NCBI GenBank assembly: GCA_002269645.1
Contig: NIVC01003583.1
Span: 25,592 to 89,591, forward strand
Length of the DNA stretch: 64,000 nt
Direction: 5' to 3'
Source of the DNA: Macrostomum lignano
Lineage: Eukaryota
Both the position numbers and the translations under genes were made by a program. Below are positions 11,484 to 22,300 of the stretch, in pieces. The notes under the pieces were generated by a model. It saw nothing but the letters and a program-made list of their open reading frames with translations, made no database searches and was not told the DNA's origin. Numbering within the stretch: position 1 is the first letter of the stretch; each line of letters starts with the position of its first letter.

Positions 11484-12424
11484 TAGGGATTCCAAAATCC
11501 CGACAATTTACAATACCGGGATTGAGAAATCCTGAAATCCCGATGGTTTAAAATCCCGAGATCACTAATCCCGGAAAATCCCGACTGAGAGTAATCCCGG
11601 GACCCCGCTTCGAAGTTCAAAAAAAAATCAAATGTATTGAAACATCTGCATCCAGCTTCCACCACGACCACAAAGTAAGTAAAATAGTTAAAATTTTACT
11701 TATTAGATTTAAAGCAAGAATTAATAAAAGATTAAAGGATCAAAGTAAATCGAGCATGATTTATTGATCTATCTTTACAATATCCTTACAGAATCCTTAC
11801 AGAATCCTTACAGAATCCTTACAGAAATACAAAATTTCTGTATCATTCGTCAATGACTCGTATTCTGTCGTGGCAGTTCAGAAATTTATCATTTCAGTTA
11901 TCCTGATTGTTGGAAATGAGACCGAAGCATGCCCAGCTTTGTTGATAAGGTCTCATCACCGAGAACGAATCCGAGTCATCAAAATGGCAGCGGCAGAAAA
12001 TGCCCGTCCTGCTTCAACACTAGTTGGTGCGATGGACAAAAGGGCACAGTTTAGCGTCGTCAGCAGCTTGCCCAATTGGGCAGTAGATCGCATAAATTAC
12101 ACCTTACGAAAACGAAAAAAATTTAAATTTCTGCTTAACAAACTGCTCTAACAAATTTTGCTGCTTTTTATGTGTGATTTCGATACAGACATGCAGGCTG
12201 CAGTTGTGTTATTTCATATTTTTTAAAGTTCAATCTTTTTTTCAGATTTTACATGATTATTTTAGTTGAAAAAAAGAGAATTAAAATCAGTTTGAATCCC
12301 GAAACAATCCCAATCCCGCACTGTTGTAATCCCGAGGATCATAAATCCCGAAATTTCAAGTCCCAAAAAATCCCGGGATCGAAATCCCGTGTTTTGAGGC
12401 TAAATCCCGAGATTGGAATGCCTA
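11484..12424. mobile_element. Non-autonomous hAT-like DNA transposon (~940 bp)
   Basis: Termini TAGGGATTCCA / TGGAATGCCTA, many subterminal ATCCCG motifs at both ends, 8-bp TSD TCCAATGG / TCCAACGG; no transposase ORF. Confidence 0.8.
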
Positions 12425-12652
12425 TCCAACGGGGGGGCAACACACGCAAAAATAGTTAAATTATTAGAAAATGATACGGTTAATTGCCCGTAAATCTGAC
12501 ACTGCCTTCCTGTCCTCCACGCCTCTTACCCAGGGACTCCTTAAAAAGCACCACTGGACAGAAAGCTCCCTGTACGCATTTACACATAGCTTAGTGTGGC
12601 AGCCACTCCCAGTGACTGTGCGAATAACAAGTTGCATTTTATCTCTGAGAAG

Positions 12653-13538
12653 TAGGGAATACAAAATCCTGAGTTTTATCAATCCCGGGATTCTAGGGAT
12701 CGGGACATCCCGGACTTTGCCAATCCCTGGATCCCGACAAATTGGGCCGGGATCATGGGATCCCGGAATTGAAAAAGTTTCTTATCTTTTTGTCAGAGCA
12801 ATTTTGGTTTACGAAGCAATTAAACCTGATTTTTAAGGGCTTTTATTGGTGAATGTAGAACAGAATAAAATATTTAACAAACAAGAAACTGACAGTGAGT
12901 TCTGAATTGGAGTGTGATGTGCGGGCTGGCGTATTAGGTGTGCTTTTTTACATGTCACTATCAGCTCAGGTCTCAGGAAAATCACGCTTGATTTTTATTC
13001 AACCTGGGGGAACGATGGCTTACGAGCAATGGCCAGAGGTAGTACTAATACCAGAGTAGAAGGGGATCAGACCTCACCCTCCCAGGGGCACCCGCCCAAG
13101 ATGGAGAATCGGTAGCGTGGGTTATGGTCCGATAGCAAGGTCCCACTTTTCTAATCCCAACTACGATCAAGGAGTTTTCAAGGTAGGGACTGCTTAAAGT
13201 TGTTCTGCATTATTACACCTTAAATCTCCTTACGACCTGCTAACAGCTTCTGTTTTGCATACCTGCAGCTCTAGCTAGCCTTCTTTCACTAGCCTGCATG
13301 ATTAAAAGAAATAAAATATTCATAAATCAAAGCAGGACAACTGGGTTATGATTTTCACCTGACAAGTACCTCAGCTAAAGATAATACTACTGGAGATGTA
13401 TTGAACTATTGCAAAGCGGAATGGGATCGGGATCCCGATAGTCGATCCCGGAATTTTCGAATCACGGTCCCGGACAATTGTGATCCCGGGATTTGGCCCT
13501 AGTCCCGGGATTTCGTTATCCGGGGATCTCATTCCCTA
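12653..13538. mobile_element. Non-autonomous hAT-like DNA transposon (~890 bp)
   Basis: Termini TAGGGAAT / ATTCCCTA, dense subterminal ATCCCG/CGGGAT motifs, 8-bp TSD CTGAGAAG / CTCAGAAG. Confidence 0.8.
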
Positions 13539-15051
13539 CTCAGAAGTTTTTTACGAGAGTTTTAAACTCCAACGGCATACAAAAGCGATTCGCTTGAAGA
13601 CATTGTCGCAAGTAATTAATCTTCTTCGCCGTCAATGCGGATACCGTGTGCACTGCCAACATATCCTTGAACTACCCAGCAACGGAGTTGATCATATTAG
13701 TTTATGCACCATCCTCACCAATGCCTATAAGCTGGCCATTGCTGCTATATCAATCCTATTTGCGATTTAAATCTCGTCGATGACCATGTTTCATTCAGTT
13801 CAAGGCAGCCTTCGCTGTCAAGGCCAGCGAAAATCCAACTCTTTATGGACCTTAGCGGACGATCGGACGGGAGACAGGTGGGATCTCAAAACTTCAGCTG
13901 GAACTTATGAACAAATTTGGACAAAAAAATCAAATCAACCTGAACCAACTAGAAGCCTCTAAAGTCAAGTTTACTTGAAATACGTAATTTTTACAATAGT
14001 TACTTCACTATAATATCACATTCTACTCACTCTCATGCTTATTTGTTCGATAGTATTTGTGGTCGATAATTTGATCTTAACCAACAAATGAGAGGACAGC
14101 TTCTATAAGATCTGGAACAGCTGATGTCAACTGTTAAAGAATTAAATGAAGAAAACTAGAAATACAACCAATTGGTTATTTGTTAAATTAAATGGTTAAA
14201 ATAAAATTTTTTATTCATTATGCCCGATCAATTCTTTCCTAGAAGAGCCGCAGTACCGAACGCTTATTTCTATCTAGCTAAGATTCAAGTTATTTTTTAA
14301 TGAATACACCTGGAATAATTATTTATCAGTACCCAAAATCTGCGTAACATGAGCATGTAGCAAAAGTAACGCATTCTGATAGGTCAGTTGTACCTATTCT
14401 TCTAGGTAGCCTTGGTGTTCTCATTAAGGAATAGCTCTCATTAAAGCGTATAGTACTCTTAACGAGTCTGCATTTGTTGCAAAGTTTTCAAACATTTAAT
14501 ACGAATTATTAATCCTCCATGTTGTGTATGTGTGCATATGCATGTGTGTGACACTGAAGCTTGGGCTATACTCGTATGAATATTACTGTCTATGGTATAA
14601 ATACACGTGACGGCCTAGAGAGACGGCCACGCCCTCTGAGCTTTATTTTCATCAGACCGCGCGCTATAGAAGATATAACCCTCTCGGCTTCGCGATATAT
14701 AACACTCCATACGCCAGAGCTTTAGAGAGCAGTACAGTGCCTTGCTGAGACTTTTGAGTCGATAGCAATTTTTCCTCAGACTTACCTAAAAAACGGGATT
14801 TTTTAATCCAGATGAAATTTTAAGAGCGTCTGCTAGATATCTGATTGCGCCCGCCCGCCAGTTTTCATAATCTGGTCGGATCTGAAAGTCCCATATTATA
14901 GCAGTAAATATGACCCCAAGCTGCTGCTAGAATACTCTCCAACTCTTGTCACACTTCAACATGTACCTAAGAAATTTGCATATAGTTGACCCTGATTCAC
15001 TGATGTCATTTCGACAGTCAGATTCCATCACCCTATTTGTTGCATTTTGAT

Positions 15052-15296
15052 CACACTGCGGTGACACTGCTGTCTCACTGTGGAAACTCTGCATGCTGTC
15101 TCACTGCGGTAACTCTGCTGTCTCACTGCGGTAACTCTGCATGCTGTCTCACTGCGGTAACTCTGCTGTCTCACTGCGGTAACTCTGCTGTCTCACTGCG
15201 GTAACTCTGCTGTCTCACTGCGGTAACTCTGCTGTCTCAATGCGGTAACTCTGCTGTCTCACTGCGGTAACTCTGCTGTCTCACTGCGGTAACTCT
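15052..15296. repeat. 22-bp minisatellite (CTCTGCTGTCTCACTGCGGTAA), ~11 units
   Basis: Head-to-tail units with occasional CAT insertions and no spacers. Confidence 0.95.
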
Positions 15297-15922
15297 TGAA
15301 ATAAAAGTTGAAATAAAAACTTTAATAGTCGGGCTTCCAGTACACGGTACTAGTTACTACGAGCAAAAGGTTTTACTTTTACTATTTTCAGTTACTACTT
15401 TCTATTTCAAATTTTCATCTTTCAAATATTTTTAAAGGTCATTTTCAGAACCTGGTGATAGGGAATGAATGAGTGAATTAATGCTTTAGTAGAAAAAACT
15501 ACTCATGTCAGACTGCTCTCACCGTTTAGTCTATCGGACTCTTGGCCGTTTTTGGCCTTTTTCAAGCCTCAAAATGACTGCCAGCTGTTTGAGAGAACTA
15601 CCAAATTACGAATTACATCCAGAAAACATAAATATATATAACCTATTAACTACTAACTAAGCAGTCGTGTATTGAACGGTAACAAAAGTCCCATGAGTAA
15701 AAAAACATAGCAGTAAGAAATTACGAGAGATGAACTATATCTGGATACAAACAGACGGTTACCTAATTGTTAACGGACGACAGACATGCACATTTTAAAA
15801 GTACTTTCCTCTCTCCACACGCATAAATATTTTTCCTGTTGAGCTGCGTCCAAAAGCATCTTGCTCACTTCTCGCAGTTGGTGGCGATAGGAAGGCGTAA
15901 AAAGTGAACAAAATTATCGCCA

Positions 15923-15928
15923 TTTATT
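15923..15928 (-). terminator. Candidate AATAAA polyadenylation signal of sacsin copy 2 (homologous site 34725-34730 for copy 3)
   Basis: CGCCATTTATTGTTGG is conserved in both 3' flanks and reads AATAAA on the gene strand. Actual use is not shown. Confidence 0.4.
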
Positions 15929-16309
15929 GTTGGCCCTCTGCAACGCAGTCAATTGTTTGTTTGTTAAATAAATAGAAACAGAACATTTTAAACGATACAG
16001 TGAGCCAAGCGTGAAGTATGCAGCAATAAACAGTCGCTCGCAGAACTTCGCCTTTGATACATCTAAACTCCTTACTTTTCTTCTAAAAAACGGTAGCAAC
16101 CTGTGGTTTCAACTAGACATGTCTCTTATGCAGCTGCTCACTGTCTAAAACTCAGTTGTACCGCAAGTGCTCATTCAAATCTAACGAAAAACACATGACA
16201 AAGAGAAACATAGAAAAAAAAGTTTTTCACCTTAACTTCTGCATCGCGCTACACGCGCAAACCAGTTGTCTGCAGAAAAACAAAGCCAACTCCAAGTCAC
16301 TCACTCGAG

Positions 16310-19300
16310 TCATTCGGCAAACTCGGACGAGACGCACCGTTCGACGCCCTCCGCTCCCTGCAGAGCCCGCGCCGCCTGCTCCGCTCCGAAGACCTCAGTC
16401 GGAACCCGCGGTCGGCTGCGGTCGCTCGGGTACCGACAGTCGTCCACCATGGCGCCCGCCAGGTCGGCAACGTGACCAGCCAGGCTGCTCTGCAGGTCGC
16501 TGCTCGAGACGCAGCTCAGATGCTGGCTCAGCTGGTGGCTGCGCTCGATGGGCTGACCCTGTCTCAGCAGCAACGCCTTGAGTGCCTTCTCAGTAGCCTG
16601 CCAGCTGATGTAGCAGGCCCAGTTGTACTCTCCGGCCTCAGCCAATCGGGATGCCGAGCGAACGTCGTGCCGCGCCGTCTTCAGGTACCTCGCAGCATCG
16701 TCAGGCGACGGTTTGGCAAAGTTTGCGCCGCCTGAACTGCAGTAATAACTGCCAGACCGGCCAGGGTAGCGGAAAGCGCCGCCGCTACCGCCGGCACCGC
16801 TGCTCCAGCCTCCTCCTCCGTAGCTTCTTGATCGCATGGTGACGACAACTTCCTCTGCGATGAGAATCTGTCGGTACCTGGTAACCCGAGCTGTCTGCTC
16901 TCGCCATCCACCAATGCACTGATCGAACTGTCGGGTCCATACATGATTAGCAGCGCGAGTTCGTATCTGGTTGAATGACTCATCCGAGTTCGAGTAGTGA
17001 GCCAGTATGCGCTGAAAAATCTGATGCTGCTGCTTTGTCGGCAGGGAAGCTGCGCTGCTCAGCAGATGATCCACCGTTGTTGCAACGTCCTCACCATTAT
17101 TTTGGTTAGCTTGGGCGAAAGACCGCTCTTCAAAGGAGAAAAGCGCAGACATTGAAACTCTTAGTTTTGAGCCTCCACCGAATTCAATAGTAAACTCGCT
17201 AGTCCACGGGTTATCGCTGCCACCAGGGTGTCTTTCCACTACCCGAGCGTAAACAAGTCTTCCATCGCCATTTCTGTAAGCCACAATTCGGTTCACAATG
17301 TCCCTTGGTCTATCTGGCAGTTGCTTCAGTATACACTGCTCAAACTCCGGTACAGGTTCACCGAGCATGAGTCATCGGTTGCGCTTGGCTCTGCAAAATG
17401 CTGCTCACTGGTCTGGTGCAGTGCAATTCCTAGTCCGTGCAGAACGGCTAGCATGCTGTCTGGACTGTCCATAAGAAGCACCTGAATTAAACAACTTTTC
17501 TGCTCTGGCAAAATGTTGACACCGTTATTCAAAACCTGCATTATAATTTTGATAAATTCCATCTGCCACAGCTGCCTTCGGTCACCGCTCATCTCGTCCG
17601 GAATCGTAGAGTGATTCATGAGAATCCGCTGCCCATCCAGAAAGAAGTTCTTGTCCTGCCGAGTCCTGCTGCTCGACACCATCCAGAAGCAGGCACGTAC
17701 GCAACTCGGAAAGACACACAACCGAGAAGCGAGATATCAGAGATTTCACTGCAGCCAGTCGCTCGTCTCCTTTGCCAGAAAGATCCTTGTTGCCATGCAG
17801 CATGATGCTTACGATGCACAGGTGCAGCACTGGGTGGCTCAACTTAGCTTGCAGACCGAGTAGGGACTCACAGCGCTCACCATCGCTGCACAACTTATTG
17901 GTGTCTGAAAGCAGCCTCTCGCTTACGTTGTCGCTCAGTTTCTTCAGGCCCATGTCGGCTGCGAGATGAAAGTACAGCCTCTGAAGCTTGTCAGTGCCCA
18001 GCTTGCAGAAGCTCAGATCAAGGAACTCTACATCCTGTGCGTCCACCAATCGATTGTTGTGCACCTCTGAGTCGTTGATGGTCAGACACCTGCAGTCTAC
18101 CAGTTCGAAAGCGGCTTCCGTGCTGCTGTCTTGATGCTGACTTCTTTTAGGCAGGAAGAGCACTCTGTCGGACTGGAACTGGAGCCTGCCGCCCCGCTCC
18201 AGCAGCACTATGATACTCGATAGACAGTGCGAAACTGAGTTCAGCTGCTCTGCACGAAGCGAGCCTTGCTGCTCATTCTGAATCAGTTCCAATGCAAGTC
18301 GAAGTTGCTCGATTGTGGCAGACTTTGTAGCTCCCAGTTTTGCAAACAGCTTGCGGAACTGTGAAAATTCTTGAGGACACTCGTAGATGTAAGGCAGAAT
18401 AGCAGAGTTTTTATCGTGAGTAATTCTGCTAGCTGATATAAAAAATGATTTACATGTATAGCCTTCGGTTTTGATTAGCACACACGGAATATCTTTCAGA
18501 AATTTAATTGACTGAAATGCCGTAAAAAGCATAATGGTACTCAGCCTTGAGTACACGGAATTCATGACATGACTTCTCAGTGCTGCAACTTCGCTCGAAG
18601 ATCAGCTGACGTGAAGGTCGCTGCAGAGAAAAGGTTGACAACGTGGCGCAGAAAAATGGCATCAGAAACTGGCATCGCTGAGTTTGCAAAGCAGCTGCCC
18701 TGGCCAACACAGCTCGGTCCGTAGGGCACGGCCGTCCAGCAGAGGAAGCGAGCCTCGAACAGGGCGCACTGGGACAGACTCGCCATTCGAAGTCGTTCGC
18801 TCTGACAAAGCCTCTGAAGAGCGCCGTCGCTGTTGGCTACAATAAATTGAATTCCTGCCAGTTGTCGGACTACATGTTCGGTTATCTCTTTGCGGAATTT
18901 ATAGCTGTCGATAAACTTGATCAGAGCTTCCGATTTCTTAGATAATTCATCTGTGATACCACTGGCTCCTTCTGTTTGCAGCTCACTGGCGAAGCTGATG
19001 GCAATTGCGGCCGTGCATTCCAAGATTAGACCGGAAAATTTCATCAGCGTTCTCCATCGCTCTTCATTGTACGGCGTTGGCAAGAAAAATTGTGGCTGAA
19101 GTAGCTTCTGAAAAATGTTTACTCTGCTATCATAAAACGTGTTGACGCTCCGCCATTGTCCGTCAAACGGAATGAGTTTGGCTGTGCTGAGAGACTGACT
19201 GAGCATTTGAAACTTGTCAGGGTCCTCCACTTGAACTCTTTCGAACTTCCAGCTCAGCTTTAGAAGTTTTTCGAGATGCTTTTTTCGAGTGTTGTCGGTG

Positions 19301-22300
19301 AATTTGGAGAACAATGGCAGGATAAACCTGGCATAAACCTCAAGCTCTGCCATCTCGTCGCATTGAAGCTTTTCGTACAGCATCGTGAGAGACCAGTTTG
19401 CCTTCAAGAAGATGACCCGGCTGGAGCTCTTCCACTCGTCCATCTCGTCGGCCACGAGCGATGCCGGCAAGATGCAGGCCTGTTCAGAGTTGAGAGCGCA
19501 GCAACGACCGTCAGATGTGACAAACACCGGTAATTGACGCACTCTTGCAAGGAGGTTCTGCTCTCCCATTCTCTTACTTAGCTCTCCCCAGTTGCTCTGA
19601 ATGTACACCAAAAAGCTCACAGCTTGCTTCTCAGTGGTCGCAGATCTCTCAGCGTTCTCATTTAGAGCGAACTCCATCACTCTCAGCATGGACTCGGGCT
19701 GTCTGACGTTGCCACACAGACTGCCGACCAGCTTCAAGCCCATCCTGCTGAGCGAGGGAGCGTTGAGCTGCTGCAGAGACTCCTCGACTGCTTTGCTGCA
19801 GTCATCGAGACCGAATCTGATTGGCTCATAAATACAGGGCGCCAGTGAGAGGCTTGCAAAGCGAGACTGGCTGACAGGAATCAGATGTGCGCTGCCCAGT
19901 CCTGAAGAGGATAACGTTTGCATTGGTGCATTCTTATTAGTGCATTTGTTGTCTAGAAACTCCCACACTCGATTCAACCATTGTTCGAGAAACTCGGCTT
20001 CAGTACTAAACTCCCAATTCGATACGTAGTCAGTACGAGACATGCAGACTGCGGCATGCTCTCTGTGCAAAGAGTGCGAAAATCCATCAGCTGAAACTTT
20101 TTACACAACTGTCCCTGGCATAGATTGATTTTCTTCTTCAGATCGAGCTGAAGTGAAACTTTCTTGTGCACAAACTCGTGCTTTGCTTCGCTGTGTGAAA
20201 ACAAGTCGTGGAATTGAGTGAGAAACAGAGGTGTCCGTCCATTGTCAAACTCAGAGAGTCGGTTTCCGGCTCCTAAATTCAAGGGCACTCCGATGAGATG
20301 CTGCACCTGCTCTTGCAGTTCATCAAGCAGATATGCGAGCAGGCTTAAAACGGCCCCAGAGTCTTGAAATGATGTCGCGCTAACATCCCTCGGCAACGAA
20401 TCTCGAAGTTGCTTGCACGCTGGACCCCTGAGAAATGCGCAAATGGGCACAGCATCAGCTACAAAGGGGTGAACTCCAGCTGGCTCGACTCAAGCGACTG
20501 ACGAAGGCCTACATGATCCGGGACCATGATGGGAAATCGCAGTTTACTCAGAACGTTCTGAAGATACTCGGTCAAATTGTTCGGAGTCAGGAATGCAGCA
20601 CTACCGCTGACATCACCTGAGCTCTGTGCTAGCGGCAGCCACTTCAGCTGTTTTTCAATTACAGAGTGCACAGGGAAGATTGCCCATCGAAATCGAAAGG
20701 CGTTTTGGAAGACAAGCTTTGCATGCTGGCCCCACAGCGTCTGATTGCTTGCGTGGTACTCTGGAAGAAGGCTGTAGAAGTGGTGTACGCTCTGCACATT
20801 CGAATAAACTGCTTTCGCTGTTTCGAGTAGACCGCCATAGCTGTCAGGCAGAAGCTGAGTGGCCAGCAGTTGGTTCCATTGCTCCTTGACATCTACAGCT
20901 CCATCCGCCTTCCACAGAGATCTGCGCGATGGGTCCATAATGAAGTGACCGTTCACGTGTACAGGAAGTGCAGTAGGCACAGGCAATGGCAGCAGACAGT
21001 AGACGTGACCTTCAATCTTGCATGCTTCAGTCATGAAAATGGGAGCAGCGACTCCGGTCTTTGGCAGAAGACGCCACATTCCGGAGGCCACTTGCTGCTG
21101 CAGCTGTGCGGGCATGTTGTCCAGTCGACCTCCAAGTTTTTGAAAAACGAGCCATCTTTGATTGAATTTTTTGCCAGTGCCGCTAACCGTGAGTTCGTAG
21201 GTGACCGAGCTGACTGGATTTGCGGCTTAACTGGGCTCCCCTGCTCCGAAGATGCTTACTGGCAGTTTCGCACGCCTCATTGTAGTTATCAAAGCACCCT
21301 GATACAGTTTCAACTTCCAACTTGGCTGCAAAAACTGTTGTGAACTTGTTGTCAGCCCATACTTCGGAGAGTTGCACTTCACGGATATTCAAGAAAAACA
21401 AGGCAGTTCGCCCAAGTTCATTCTTGAATTCATCGAATAGCTGCTTGATGTCATCGGCACTGACCGAGCGTTTGCATATTCTAGATTTCTTAGCTGAGTT
21501 TACTGTTCTCAGTGGCAGTCGAAACACGGTTCCTCCTGTGTGCGGCAAGCTCTCAGGACAGTACCCCGCAAATACGTCGCGAAAAGTATCTTTCATACGC
21601 TCGAAGTTCTTGAACATACCTCCTGGAGAAGCCAAAGTAGCACCAGGCATGTACCTGCAGTGCGGATCCATCACGCAGAAAATATTTCCATCGGACAGAA
21701 ACGAGGGCGCATCCGTGATGTTGTACACACAGTTGAACCCGATGCCGTACTGTCCAGCTTTCCATGCGTCGTCTCGCTTGGACCCGAGACCGAGATTCTG
21801 GATGCCTTCGATGTCCGCATCGGAGAATGTCGAGTCGTTGTAGACAAGTAACGCGGGTCCCTGCAGCTCCTTCCAGCTGTCACTCAGCACTTTCTCGGTC
21901 CCGTGATGCCGACGATCGATGATGAAGCTGATCTTTGATGCCCCAGCATCATCTGCATTCTGAATGAGTTCCTTGAAGAGCTCGATTCCAAGCGGGTATC
22001 CGGAAATGATGTTCTGCAGTCTGGTTGTGAGGTCCTCGTGTTGGCCGAAAGGCAGAGGCTGCATCGCTTGAGCCAGCATGCTTTCTCTCTGGCTTGGAAT
22101 TCCAAGCTTCTGGCACAGTCCGAAGGAGATGTTTTCGTGGCAGAAGAAAGTCTCATTTGGTAGTTGCACAGACTGCATCCAAAGCAGGTTGTTAAAGCAC
22201 AATTGTGTGCAGGGTCTCAGAATGCGGCTGTGGTCGGGTGCGAGTAAGCTCTGAGTCGCCAAGGCTTCATCCTGACGGCCGATCTGATCGAGTATTTTAA

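Noticed and set aside
11870-12151. 93-aa ORF inside the first hAT-like element as a transposase remnant
   Set aside because: No BED finger, DDE or hAT dimerisation motif is recognisable.
15052-15296. CRISPR-like regular repeat
   Set aside because: Units are contiguous with no unique spacers, there are no cas genes, and the context is eukaryotic.
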